A stretch of DNA of 64,000 nt, taken from positions 9,176,001-9,240,000 of the forward strand of contig CM060733.1 of assembly GCA_030704615.1 (NCBI GenBank). Direction: 5' to 3'. Each line of letters begins with the position of its first letter. Positions within the stretch are counted from its first letter, which is position 1. The translations under genes were made by a program, and so were the position numbers. The notes under the pieces are model-generated. The model was given only the letters and a program-made list of their open reading frames with translations. It was not told the origin of the DNA and did not search any database. This document shows positions 38,387 to 52,321 of this stretch, piece after piece. The stretch is from Takakia lepidozioides (taxonomy: Eukaryota > Plantae > Bryophyta).

Positions 38387-40401
38387 ATGGAATGCACATT
38401 TGCGGAAATGGTCGTCATCTTGCAAAGTCTCCAACTCCAGATGCAAGAACTTCGTACCTCTACTGCCCAACTACAAGTTGATCAATCTCAAGATCTTAGT
38501 AACACTCTCAACAATTTGAAAAACAAATTTCAGAGTTGAAAAAATCGAACAATGGATCTTCAACCTTACGAGCCCCTACTGCAGCAACTCCTACTGCAAC
38601 GGTTCCTCCAAATCTTCAACAGATTACAAGGGAACCAAATGTCAGCATGCCCGAGAAATCTGATGGGACGAGATCAAGATTTCGCGGTTTTGTTCAACAA
38701 GTACGATTGTTCCTACGACTACATCCACAACGCTACCCTGATGAAGGTATTCAAGTGGGATTCGTGGGCGTCATTCTATCAGGCACTGCCCTATCTTGGT
38801 TTGCACCGCTATTAGAGAAAAAATCGCATTTACTATACAATTTTGAAGCATTTATGTCCGAGTTCGTTGCAACGTTTGGAGATAATGATAGAGAGAGAGT
38901 TGCAGAGACAAAGATGCGAAATCTTCGACAATGAGCACGTCCTGCTTCCGTTTATGCTGCCAAATTTTGACAACTTGCGTGCGACCTCGACTGGAATGAT
39001 AAGAGCCTCATTAGTCAGTTTTGATGTGGACTAAAAGATGATGTAAAATATTTGTTGCTGACAATGTCAAATGTGAGTACAATGAGCGAATTCATCACCC
39101 ATATCATTGCATGCGATAATCGTTTGTTCGAAAGACGTCAAGAGAAGCGATCTGGATGGTCGACGACGTACCATGCCGCTGCTACTACGGTACCAAACAC
39201 AACGATCCATTAGACATCCGGTAGTGATCTTATGGAGATTGATGCTGTCTGATTCAAACCATTGACACCACAAGAAAAACAAAGACGACGCTCGAATGGA
39301 TTATGCCTCTATTGCGGAGAAGAAGATCACATAGCATTAAACTGCTCCAACAAGAGAAGATTCAAAGCTCGGGACACAACTCAAGTGTTCGATACGAGGA
39401 GGTCGGAAAACGAAGATGTCCAGTCACAGTAGGGACCATGCGGCTGGACAACACAAATTCCTCACCAAAAAAATGTATCTTTCTACCTCCAGACCCTGCA
39501 CTTTGCTTCACATTTCCGGTAAAAAACAGAGTGCAAAATTGAGATATATCTCTGTAGAAGCACTTTTGGACTCAGGGGCTTCAGCATATTTTATTCACAA
39601 AAACTTTATGAAACAACACAATTTAACGCTCGTAAGAAAGAAATTATCGGCCCTGTTGAAGTCATCGATGGACGACCGTTAGCATCAGGAAACATTGACC
39701 ATGAAACTTGACCCCTTGAAGTGAAACTTAAAAATCAAGCATCACATATTGTTTTCAACGTCATCCTGTTTCCAACGAATCATGTGATCTTTAGACTTCC
39801 CTGGTTTGTACTTCATAATCTTGACATTGACTGGCGATCACGAAAAATTTCGGTAAGACAAAAATGCAAAAGTACCAAAGGTATTCAACCCCTATTTCTT
39901 GGAGCTAGAGCCTTCATGAGAGTTACGAAGAAAGACGCGACATTTGCACTTTATGCGACTCCGATCAAGAGCACAACAGACCAAGGTACTTCGACATTAC
40001 CCACTCAATATCAAGATTTCAAGGATGTCTTCGAGAAGAAAAATGTAGACATGTTGCTAGAACATCGACCTTATGACTATGCAATTGAGTTGCAAGAAGG
40101 AGCCCAACCACCATTCGGCCCAATCTACAATTTATCTCAGACGGAGTTAGCTGCTTTACGCGAATACATTGATGAAAATTTGTCGAAGAATTTCATTCGA
40201 CATTCGAAATCATCTGCGGGAGCACCTATCTTATTTGTGAAGAAAAAAGACGGATCGTTACGCATGTGTGTGGACTATCGTGGGCTCAACAAAGTCACTA
40301 TAAAAAATCGTTACCCACTACCGCTGATTTCCGGACTCCTCGAACAACTTGGATGAGCAAAAATTTTCACAAATATCAACTTGATAGGAGCTTACAACCT
40401 T
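38387..40401 (+). pseudogene. gag-protease-partial RT of the Tf1/Tcn1-like element
   Basis: Gag PEKSDGTRSRFRGF...LSGTALSWF, knuckle CLYCGEEDHIALNC, protease [33 protein letters not shown]. Breaks off at GAYNL. Several in-frame TGA stops. Confidence 0.92.
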
Positions 40402-40799
40402 AACCCTATTTTAATTAATTCTGGACTTTTGGCTTAAATCCGGACTAAACGTAATATATATTTGTATTAAATTTAATTGAAATATTAATAATATCATGGT
40501 GTAATGTGTGATTGAACTTTGTGAAATTTCAGGTGATGTCATACTTGTTTCAAAATGTGTCATAGAAGAGGTCCATTTGACATTGAAGTGCTCAATGTGA
40601 AATAGCAGTATTGAACAATTCATTGAACGTCCACTTGGAAGTCGAATAAAATAATATTCCATTGCAAGTCATCATGATAAACAAATGGGTCGCATCGAAC
40701 ATGGACCAAACTCGTACTGTACCATACTCAATACAACTTGCTAGTAATTTTATTGATTAAATCTTCATATGAAGCATAATGTTCATATACCACGCCATT

Positions 40800-42450
40800 G
40801 GAATGAATCATATTTTGGATGTGACAAGGGCAGTAAAATATTAGAATAGCATGAAACATTCGGAAGAGGTACTAGGGTAGTACAATAAGGTTTGGGTTTA
40901 CAGTAAGGGTAAGGGTTTAGGGTTTGAATTTAGGGTACAAAAAGACAAACAAATATGATGGACTCACACTCGGTAGAATTAAGAAATGGTTGAGGAATTT
41001 GATATCCCTGTAATCATTCTATCATACCTTATCCAACAAAAGAAAATATTAAAAGAGCATGAAACATTGAGAAGATGTAACATGATAGTACAATAAGGTT
41101 TTGAGTGTAACTAGGGTAGTACACTAAAGTTATTGGTTTATGGTAAGATTAATGGTTTAGGGGTGATGGTAATGATAGGGTTTTTGGTTTGGGTTTAAGA
41201 ACACTATTGGACAAACAAATATGGAAGACTCACAGTCGCTAGAACTTGGTGTGTGTTAGAAAGATAATAAAATAAAATAAAAAATGGAGAAACAATTATT
41301 ATGGAAGAGTCATTGGGCCGGAGAAGTATTTAGATTGAGGATTCGTCCTTGGAACCTGGTATTAAGATACATATGGTTATGGTATGGATACTTCATTTCC
41401 ATTTGCAAGGGAAAGGTAAGGGTTTAGACGTAACAATGGCGTAGGGTTTTGTTTAGGATTCCCGACGAGGGTTTAGGGTTTGGGTTGAAGGCAAAAATGG
41501 TGAGCATACATGCCGGAAGACTCGCACTCGCTACAACTTAGTGTTGTTAGTAAGGTAGTACTAAGCAAAATAAAAATGAAGAACCTAATATTATGGAAGT
41601 GTAATCATTGCATTGGACAAGTATTTAAATGAAAGACTCGTCCTTGGAACCTGATATTAAGATACATAGAAAGCAAAGTTCGATAAAAAAAGGGTAAGTG
41701 GATGTCAATCCAAACCAAAGGCAAAACCTTGCGCAAGGTGAAGGGCGAAGAGATTTGAATAACCATAAATAGTTATGGTTATGGTATGGATTCATTCCCA
41801 GTTGCAGGGGAAGGGTAAGGGTATAGACGTAAAAATGGCGTGGGGTTTTCCTTAGGGTTTTCAACGAGGGTTTAGGGCTTGGGTTGAAGGCAGAAATGAT
41901 GAGCATACATGCCGGAAGACTCACACTCGCTACAACTTAGTGTGTATTAGTATGGTAAAAAATAAAAATTTGGTTACATTGAAGAGATTTGGATAACCAA
42001 AATGGTTATAATTATAGTATGGATAGTTGATTCCCATTTGCAAAGGGAAGAGAAAGGGTTATGGGGTATTGGGTTAAGGGTAAATGTTTAGGGTTTTCTA
42101 GTAAGGGTTTAGGGTAAGGGTTTAGGGTTTTTGTTTAAGTTACAAAATAGACAAACACTAAGTCTTATGGAAAACTCTAGACTTCGCTAGAACTTAGTGT
42201 TGCTAGTAGGGTACTAGTAAGCAAAAAAAAAAATGAAGAACCTAATATTATGGACAAGTATTTAAATGAAAGACTCGTCGTTGGAACCTGGACCTAGTAT
42301 TAAGATGTAACATAGAAAGCAAACTGTAACATGCCTAAATGCATGTCAATCCAAAACAAAGAAAAAAACTAGCGCAAATGTGAAGGGAGAAGACATTTCA
42401 ATAACCATAATGGTTATGGTTATGGCTATGGTTATGGTATGAATAGATTT
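40800..42450 (+). repeat. Subterminal degenerate tandem repeats rich in telomere-like TTTAGGG
   Basis: GACTCACACTCGCTACAACTTAG-like anchor at about 40961, 41227, 41519, 41918 and 42180, with many GGGTTTAGGGTTT tracts. Confidence 0.8.
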
Positions 42451-43149
42451 GGAAAGAAAATGGCGTTATATAACGACTTTTGGGAAGCGCCTGGATCTCA
42501 TGGGAGAAAATGGATCTGAAGAAAACATGAGAGAGGATAAAAAGTCAGACCACCAAATAAAAACTATGAGAAATAAAAATTGCTTAAAATTTGAACAACG
42601 GAAAAGGACATGTGAAATTCCCTCTTAAACTAGGGCCAAAGATGAGAAGTATGAAAATGAAATGAAATGAAAATTTGGTGCAGAAAAGTCGTAGAGCTTA
42701 GAGGGAAAATGGAGGAAAACCTCATAGAAAAAACTTGAGGACTGGCAAATTGAAGAATTGTATGTTAATAACGATTGAGTAAGGCTCCTCCTAGTGGGAG
42801 ACTTTAGTGGGAGAATTGGTTATGCGAAAAGCAAGTCCAATGTTTCAGAGAAGGACTGGAAATGGGGCTATTTTCTTCCGTTGTTAAAAACCTCTTTGAC
42901 AGAATTTGAAAACTCCAGTGGTCGTGCCCGCCTATTTTGTTCTTGTGATCTATATGTTATGTAGGCGAAACTCCCCCACAGGATCATCTTTGTTGACCAG
43001 GACGTGCAGCAGGCCAGCATCCAGCAAACCAGAAACAAAGGACGAGAACGTCCACTGGACATTCGAGGTTCAGTGCGACATAAGAAGATAACAAAAAGGA
43101 TCCCCCAACGCAAACAAGAAGGGCCATATAGATAAGAAAAATTTATTTC

Positions 43150-46100
43150 TTAAATCGAAGTACTGGAGTTGACCTTAACAATATGTCCTTGGTCTGGAAC
43201 TCGCTCACACGACTCGTTTTCTGACTGACGATTAGCCTCCTCCAAATTAGCGCGCGCCTTTACTGCTTCGGCGGCAGTAATTATCTTAGTGTTATTCCTT
43301 TGTCGTATTTTTTCGTGGAGGCATGGTCCACACAACATTGTTCACATCGATCCATTGAGAAGGATATGACGAGTTATACTCCCAAAGTTTTGACCAACGG
43401 TCCCTGTACCTTTCCAAGTCTGTTGGGTTACCACCTTTTCTCGGTCTCCACCACTCCACCTTCACCTTCTTAAAATTAGGATCCTCCCTTTCGCGGATCA
43501 CATCAGATATTGCCACCCCCGTCCAGACCGGGCACGTACTTGGGTCATAAGGGCGAACGAGCACAAAAAACCCTTTCTCAATATCCTTGAACGGATTCAG
43601 GGATATTCTTGGTCGCTCACACCTCGGGCCACAGTAAGGTTCTAGGATTTCATCCTCTTCTTCCACATCTGGCAATATATGTGGATGGATTCCATCTCTG
43701 TGATGATTCTTGGACCAATTTGTTTTCGGCCAGAATCCCTCAAGAAGCTGAATACGGTCGGGAGCTTCTAGAATTGGCTTATCCAGCTCGGCGAGAATGT
43801 TTCCCCAGTACTGGTCGTATTGTTCCATTCGACCTCTGTAATGATCGTCAAGCATCATTCATTTCGTCCAAAAATCCCTGTATTTTTTTATTCCATTCTT
43901 AATGAACGACTGTTTTTCGGAGGAGTCGTCCCCGACTCCCCAGATAGGTCTCCTTGGAATGGCGTCTGGGTCTCCTTCAGGGAGCTTCGGAGTCCCGTCA
44001 AGATTGGACTTCCACATCTTCACGCTATTGTTTGTTGGAAGCCAATCCGAATCAGTAGCGGACTTCTTGTACTTCATGACGGGCCAGCCCTCCGTATCCT
44101 TAAAAAAACGGAAGACGTGCATCTCCGAAATCCCCGACCAACGCCTCCTTTCCATCCAGAATACAGTGTAGTGTGAAAAGAAGGGGGCATAAATCCCCTT
44201 CTGTGTAATTCTAACTGTACTTCTTCCAGTAAAAAGAACAACCTAGCAATCTACCAGTGGCACACGGTTATGGGTTTCCCTCCTATCATTCATGATCAGA
44301 ATTCATAAATCCTCATCCACGCCGCAGCGGAAGAGAAAACATGGATGGGGATTGAATCCTTCTTGTCCATGATTTACACAATCTTTATACAATTGCAGCA
44401 CCAATGGTGCTGTTGTGATGTTTTCAGTGATACAACCAGCCCTATGACGGAGCTAAATGCGACCCATGTGGGCATCACCCTTGAGCAACACACGTCGAAA
44501 CCCCTTTTGTAATGAGATCACTGATAAGAGAAAGGCAACTCAGATCTGCCATGAATTACAGGCCTAGTGATTCTCTGCAGATGTCATGGTTTTTCCTCTA
44601 TCTCCCAGTTGACCATCCCTCATTACCCCTTTTACAGAGCAGCTCTCTCCCTTCCCAAACCTTTTCTCTCTCCTTCTTGCTGTAAAATTCCTCATTTTCT
44701 TCCAACCAGCAGCCTATCTACATGCAATGCAAACACATTCAGCCATGTATCCAGTGAATCCAGCCTTGGAATCAAACCTTGGTCACACAAGACATGATCA
44801 ACTCTTCCATCAATCTTTCTCTCACCCAAAACAGACCCTTCACACTGTTTGCCTCCAGGGACAACCCAGTTTGTCAGTCAATTCCCAACCCTTCTACAGA
44901 TCTGCATCTAAACACCCCAACAACTCACTTTTGCCCTTTCAGATTTGAACCACAGAGTTCAAATGTTGAGTCCACTCCGAACCAGTTCTAAACTCCACAT
45001 CAGTGTCAGTTTGCAACCCCATCCACCTCTTCCTCTTTCTGATTTCAAAGAGGTTACAGCTAACCCTCACTAGTGCTCACATCAACTACACTGGATTGCA
45101 TTACATTTGATCATCAAAATCCCAGAGCCGCATTGTATGCAGATTCATGATACTGAAGCCAAAGGAGCAAAAACAAAACAAACAACAAGCATTATGTCAC
45201 TGTGGGTGAACTACATCTGCCCTCACTCAACACTCCTACAGACATGTGCATCAGATCCATTCATCTCCACCCCATCCTGGTTTGAAGTCCAGAGTCCCCA
45301 TTCCAAAAAGAAGAAGCCTGGTATCTACAAACTTATCTATCTTATACTCCAGGTGAAGCGGTGGGTCTGCCTGCCCAAAATGGCACCTCACCATCTCCGT
45401 CAGCAGCTACCTTAACTCCTCTTGTCGTCTGGATTTGACGAATCCTGCGTTCATTAAGTCATGACGGCCCTGCTTCAGCCTATGGCAACACCCTTGTAGC
45501 TTGCCAACTAACTACCCTATCTCACTATCTAAGCAAATCTACCCTAAGATCTGATATGATCTTATAACAAGAAGACAGTGATCATCTGAAAGTTTCCTGC
45601 ATCTGTACATTCCACTCTTTACCTCCTTATTTACAGATAACCTGAGTCACCATCCACAAGCCAATCCCTCATTGGCTTTGGCAGATGCTCGTTATGTCGA
45701 GTTGCTCTTCATCCTAACTCTCCATTGATTGTGCCAGCAACTCCACCTCCTTGTTCTCTGGCAGCTGGCCGTTTCCCTTGCATGCTCATCCTCCCATGAT
45801 CATGTTCATCAAGGCAATGGCGGCTCTGGTGGTTGCACAAGATTCGTGATAGCACCGCCTCCCTTCACCTAGCTTGAGCACAACTCTTCCAAGCTGTTCC
45901 TTGCACGATTATCCTCCAGCAAGCCCTAAGCTACCCATTCACCATAGCAGCGACTGCACCACCTGTTAACTGATTGCTTCATCGCATGCCATACCGATCT
46001 CCCTGTAAGCATATCCTCCAGAAATTGATCATTACCAAGAAGATGGCGGCACCGCTTCCCCTGCTACACAGATTACCAAGTTGTGCCCTTATACTCTACA

Positions 46101-49100
46101 TTAACACTTCTCTTAATGCAAGCCAGAATGCCCTAGTGTAGATGCAATCGCCCTTGACACAATGCCCTGCCAATTCCACTGTTCGCAGCATCTGCTTAGA
46201 GCGCCCGTCATCTTCCCCTTCGTCTTCCTCGTCCCGTGTTTCTAGGGTAATCACTAGTGATGAAAGTCATCTATTTTCACGAACGGAAAACGTGCTAGGT
46301 TTCATTAACAAAGTTAATTACAAATTCATTGCATCCTTGGCACTGGATCCTTCGTCCTCGTTCCTGGGAGTCATCCAGAGAGCATGGATGTAATCCATTC
46401 ATCCTCCGGATGAAAATACGCCTGGTCACGACTTAGCCACTTTCATCCTGGCAAAGTATCAGCATAGTGTGCCCATGAAATAACCTGTAGGCAGGGATGA
46501 ATTCCGCCCATAGCATGTATGAAATAAATTGAGCATCTTCATCCTGGCCAATAGTCCCCCATCGTTCCTATGGTGTAACCAAGAAACATGTATGGAATAA
46601 ATTGCAGGGACAACTCAACCTATTTTCACATTGCTACCAGGGCCCTTCCTTTGTAGCAATGCAGAATCTCAGTGGGTAAAACAAAAATTTAATGTCACTC
46701 CCCTGCATTCACACTACAACAGCCCTTGACAAAATTCTTGAAGTCGGGAACCTCCTGAATAATCTGTGGAATGAAATGCAGATCTCGCGAGGTCATAAAA
46801 GACCTCATCAAATCCGAAAGAATGTAGGTGCTTCGTTCCTTCAGCTTCTTCGAAAGGTAGCTGAAGAATCCGTCAATGTCCTCATGGGTGTGTCCGACCA
46901 TTAGGAACCCTAGCTGGATTTCTTCAAAAACATCTTTGGCGGTCAAGAGGGATAGAAAAACAATCATCCATCTGTTCTTATTGTCCTTCACAGAGTTGTC
47001 CATTTGCAAGTACAGTCTTCTCGGAAGTGGACGAGCACCACGTTTGTCTTCCGGCCTGCAGGGTTTAAGAGCATCCAAACATCTCGATTTACCTCTTAAA
47101 AGTGATTCGAAGAACTCGTTTTGAAGTCAGTAATCAAAAATGTTCCTGGACTCGCGACAGGTTGGCTTCTCCAGCTGGCGCAGGCAACGTGCCAAAGAAC
47201 CAATTGTAAAGTTTGAATTTCCCTTCCAAAACTCAAGAGAATACTGACCGTAAGCTCCATCACCGTGTCCGTGCGTGACCATTCCCGTTAGTGAAACTGG
47301 AAGCTGACCCAATCCAGAAATCATCTTATTTGGAGTCTGTAGCCTTGGAACAGCTGTTTTCCTATGATCCATTTTGTCGTGAATAATACAGAGAAACTCC
47401 TCCGGAATCATAACAGACTCATTCCTCCAGCTATGGTACAGTCTTCTACACGACTCTTGGTGCCTCAAATGTTTATCAAGCGTTCGTTTGTGGGTCACCT
47501 GTTCCGCACTTCTCTTGACAGACTTTCTGATCAGGTCCTTGAACATCTCACGCTCTGTGCACTTCGCAAATGTACTCCCAGTTTTACGAACCTCCACGTT
47601 AGGAAATATCCGACTCCGGATGCGGCTAACAGCCGACTGCGAGATTCCTTCCAACCCAAAAAGTCTATTGGTCTGTTATAATAAGGCAGGGTCGGGAAAG
47701 AAACATCCACTGGACAGTGGAGGTTCATGAAGCTAGAACCACAGTCGAAAGAGACAAAATCGAAGGGAGGATCATCCACATTGAATCAGAAAAATCTTCC
47801 AGGAAAGAAATTGAAGAATGGAGATTTCATACCTCGTTGGACTCATCTCGTATTCGCTTCCAGTTCATTTCAGGTGGTAAGACTCTCAAAGTATCCCTCC
47901 TTCCATCCCCAATGCATCTTGTCTTATGGGGCATGAGGTCAATATTTCCATTGACAATGGACATAATGTTACCCTTTGCCTGAAGCGTCCTTGGGCGTGG
48001 CCTCTTCACTCCACGGTTCCCATGGAGACTTGACAACCAACCCTGTTTACTCAACTTTTTGTACTCCATGTATGTGGACCTGCCAATTCCATGAATTGTC
48101 CACCAAGCAGTCTCACATACATCCACACCCTCAATCGTAACGTATGCCCTGCGAGAGGTCTCTTCCACCATGTGAAGTCGTTTCGAAACATTCAGTCCGT
48201 GTTCTCTCATCTCATCGAAAGTGGATCCCCAAAAAGAAGTACGGATAGTCAAGGTTTTTCGCCAATTGAAATATTGACAGCAGTGAAGTCTGCAGCAAGG
48301 TTTGCTGCTCACGGACCGGACTTCCTCCAGAGTAAGATTCTTCATTCTTTTTTTGGAGTGTTCCAAATCTTGATCCCTCTTCTTTCTCGTAAAATGCCGA
48401 TACGCCGCTTTTTTCACACCTGCCTCATGATCTTCGTACAAGATACTATCAGAGGATCTAATAAAATTCTCCAGATCATTTGAGAGTAGTTTCCCACTTT
48501 CCAAAAGTCGTGTTTTTGTTAAAGGCCATTTTACAAGAGACATCAAAGATCCAGAACCTCCAGAAAGTATTCTAGTGACAAGAACTCCAACATCGTCCTC
48601 TCCCAGTTTGTCATTGAGGATCACCTCGTCCGGAATGCAGGCTTGAATCCTCCCCTCGAATAGTGCACCCCCATCATCACCCAACAGTACACACTGCAAG
48701 TTTCTCCAGTTGTTTCTTCCGAGTCCTCCGCTCGGATTCCCGGAACTCTTCGATGGTCTGTGGTTTGATTCATCCTCGTCGTCGTCAGAATTCTCGGCAG
48801 TATCTCTTGTCTCCGGCATAAAATCAGGATTCATGTCAGGCCCTCCTTGATACTCGTTATTCTCCGCAAGAACTTCGCCAACATTCCACATCACCGGGGT
48901 CCCAATGGCCTCCTTCAAGGTGTCAGCATCCATATGTCCATAAGGAAGAGGACATAATGAGTGTGCTTCATCACAGGAGATGAGAACCACTGAAATGGTT
49001 GAGGAAGATAATTGTTGTCCATGACAGGTCCCAACCCCGGAGACATTAAGGCAGTCCCCAGCGGCTACTGGAGATGAGGACCCGGGAAGAGTAAGAAACA

Positions 49101-49161
49101 CTCTTTGACCCGTCTCTAAAATCATGATCATCGGAACCTCCACTGCACACGCGAGGTTCAA
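43150..49161 (-). pseudogene. DUF7869/Sola-like DDD transposase, spliced, split by a probable solo LTR
   Basis: Fragments 49161-47827, 47654-47127, 47078-46719 and 44166-43150. Catalytic-type motifs CIIHDKMD, LYLQMDNSVKDNKN and FLMVGHTHEDID. Removing 44167-46718 plus one TSD restores FVKGCILDGKEALVG. Confidence 0.8.
44167..46718. mobile_element. Probable solo LTR (2552 bp)
   Basis: TGTAGTGTGAA...TTCACACTACA perfect 11-bp inverted termini, 4-bp TSD ACAG on both sides, no recognisable coding content, interrupts the transposase frame. Confidence 0.85.
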
Positions 49162-51636
49162 GAAACTGGAAACCCCTCCGTGACGACCTTACTGACAGTA
49201 TAAGCAGTATGAGTGAAGACTATATTCAGAGATGAATCAGTTCAATAAAAGGAAATACACTCGCGTATGAACGTTTCAGAGAAGTAGAATAGAAATGGAA
49301 TTGTTGTTTGGTCTAGAACATGTCATTTGAAGATTGTGTCTAATTATATAACCTCCACTGTACAGTGGAGGTTAGATGAGACACAGATGAAAAGGTCAGA
49401 CGGATGAATATTAGTGGATGAACATGGTTACGTGGATGAATAATTGTAATGACGGATGGATATGAGCATTGACGCGACTGTCCAGTGGAGGTCCACGACT
49501 TCAGGTATAACGAAATACAGAAATCGGAGAGTATTGGACTGTAATTTCTAAACATGCAGATGACAAATAAGTAGATTTTCCTGTAAAGTATAGAAAACAC
49601 ATAGATGTCTTAATATTTTCTACGGGTGAAAATGCAGTTCACACGAGAGATTATGGAAATTCAGAGAGTTACACCTGCAATGGCCGCAGAGGTACTGGAT
49701 GCTCAGAGAGGTGCAGTATGGGAAGCGAGGTGGGAGATGACCAGAGAGGTGCGGGAAACACAATCTGCAAGTGAGAGGTATGGAGATAGAAGTTTGAACA
49801 GTTTGCACTCAGACCTTATATAGAGGTGGAAACCAGGTTGCCCGCTAGAACTCCTCCAATGGGATAGTGCGATACATTGTCTCCCGGATCGATTTCCATC
49901 GCCGTTGATATCCGGTATGGCCACAATCGAACGGGTCTGGATGGTGCATGAGTGCACTCTTTGACCGATTTCGGAAAAGAGTGTCATTTACTGGTAGATC
50001 CCTATGTAACAATTATGATGCCAGAAAGATAACGGCCGATAACGGTGGTTCAATGGTCTCGCACTCGTGCTTATAAAGCAGTACGTATTTCGCATTCAAT
50101 GCTGTCCAAGTGGATGATGGCCTGACGCCGATGACAAGGTGCAACTATGACACTCGGCCGAGAATGCGGCAGGCGTAAATGAGTGACAGAGGAAATATTC
50201 CAAGCCTTAATCCGCCGAATGTAGACATGGTCAGGAGCAATAATTCCCAGCGGCAAAACGCCGCAAGAGGATCTGACTTGTACATTTCATTTATCGTTAC
50301 GTGTGGGGTGTGGGAAATATCCCACGGGGTTATAATTGATGATCCTGTGCAAGGGATCATTAACGTCATATTTTCTCGTTCATTCATCTGTTTTTTTTCA
50401 TCTAGTCATTCGTAAAATGGATGGATAGAATGGAAAAGATGAATTGGATGATATTTGCATGGATGTTGGATGGAACACGCGCGACCGTTCGATTCGAAAG
50501 GACGCGATGGTTCAGATCCTTTGCGACGGCACCATATAAGGTCGTTCAGCCCACCCTTTCGCCACTCCATTGTGTACGCGAAAGCGCTGCGGAAGTGGTA
50601 AGACCGAGTAGCGCTAGAAAAGAGAGAGTTCTGAAGAGCGGAGAGCGTGAAGAGCAGAGACTGTGTTGTGCAAGGTGCCGTGAGAGTTGAGAGAAGAGAG
50701 CGTGCAGTTCAGTGCAGCGTGAGAGTGCAGTGGAGGAAATGAAGCAAACAACGGATTCAAGTGCAGACAGGAGACGGGAAGGAAGTAGAGCGTAAGGGAG
50801 AGCGGAGCGGAGCGGTGGAAGCTTAAGGGTCAGGCGTTTCAGGTCAGCAACAGGGGCACCGAAATGGCTCACGCATCTAGTAGGTAATGTTCTCGTTTAC
50901 GCATGTGGTTTGATGTCATTCTCTTTTGCTCGCTTGTCATTCTCTCATTCCCTCTTTGTTCTGTTTGTTGATTTGCTTTCCTTTTTTGTTTTGTTGTTGC
51001 TTTTGTTGGTCAGCATCGCCCACGTCGCTGTTGGTTTGCTTCTCTTCCTCACTCGCTTTCGTTCCAGAGGTTATAGAGCACCATTTGATTCTCGCATGTC
51101 ATGTTTCGTGAGTGTGTTGTCTTGTCTGATGCGGAGCATCTCTTTTCAATTCATGTGGTTCCAAAGCTGTTTCAATTAGTTTCAATTGATTAAATCTGTT
51201 TAGGTGTTTCAATGCATTGCTGCTTCTCTGCTGGTGGTTTGTATGGTGGTTGGTATGGGTGGTTTGTGGTCCTGGTTTACTGGTGTTGCTGGATTATTAG
51301 GGTTATGGATTAGGGTTATGGCGGGTTAGGATCATGGTTTTTAGGGATTGTTTTTCCGAATTTCCGATATTTGATAACGGGTTTTCTTCGGGGCTAGGCT
51401 TCTCTAGTAGACTAGTCTCCGTAGGCCACTAGACCTCTAGTAGACCTCCATAAACTCCGACAGGACAAACCACACGAACCTCGCCTGCCCAGTGGAGGTT
51501 CCTGCGTGTTACTATGCCAAGGCACAACATAAGGATGTATTGAGATAGACTTATGTAGGTCGTCGTCGACATCTGTAAGAGGCCAAGGAGACAGAATCCA
51601 GTAAGCATCAACAAAGCAGAAAACCAAGACGAATCA

Positions 51637-52077
51637 TTGGTTGTATCGAAAACAAAAACCTGCAAGAAGAGATCCGAGAATCAAATATCAGATGTGGGCT
51701 CTGACGTGCGAACCTTCATAAATCCGGGCACTGACAAATCAATGTTCGAGGGAGTTATTCGACGGCAGACAATGGAGGAAACAGGGGAAGAGAAAGATAA
51801 AAGTGATGACTGTAATCTTCAGTCTGATTCAGATAATGACATTTCTGTAGGAGATAGTGAACAGTACCCGGGATCCGTCCTTCCGTCCTCTCCAGGATAC
51901 AGTCCTCACTCTCCTCAGTATGTAGTCCTTGTAAATTCTCCAGAATATGTCCCTGTAGATTCTCCTCAGTACGTCCCTGGAGATTCTCCAGAATACATCT
52001 CTGGAGATTCTCCGACATATACACCTAGAGAGTATTCCCCTGAAACCTTGAGGATGATTCGAGAGAGCCTCCTGTAG
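51637..52077 (+). CDS. Acidic ORF with Ser-Pro-x-Tyr repeats resembling the RNA polymerase II CTD
   Basis: SSPGYSPHSPQY...NSPEYVPVDSPQYVPGDSPEYISGDSPTYTPREYSPE, encoded partly by 24-nt repeats at 51883-52044. Confidence 0.55.
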   Translation: MVVSKTKTCKKRSENQISDVGSDVRTFINPGTDKSMFEGVIRRQTMEETGEEKDKSDDCNLQSDSDNDISVGDSEQYPGSVLPSSPGYSPHSPQYVVLVNSPEYVPVDSPQYVPGDSPEYISGDSPTYTPREYSPETLRMIRESLL

Positions 52078-52321
52078 TTATTGTAGATACAAGAAAATGA
52101 AAAGATGAAACTCATCTTACAAAAGAATATCGATTTCTTGTAGAAATTATATATTCGTTATAGGAACAATTTTGAGACCGCATGATGTATGGAATGGCGA
52201 GACGAGCCTTCTCTGAATTAATGTATTATTCTTCTTATAAGTGAAATCGTTTTTTCCTCCTGAATTGAACTCTTTTATCTGTCAGCTATGAGCGTATGAA
52301 TTGTTGAACCTCCACTGAACC

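Noticed and set aside
40400-40407. TTAACCCT as a piggyBac-type left terminus of the 21-kb element
   Set aside because: No matching right end survives, the transposase is not piggyBac-like, and AACCCTA may be just a telomere-like motif.
40800-42450. True or interstitial telomere
   Set aside because: The TTTAGGG units are scattered within longer repeats rather than forming a contiguous array.
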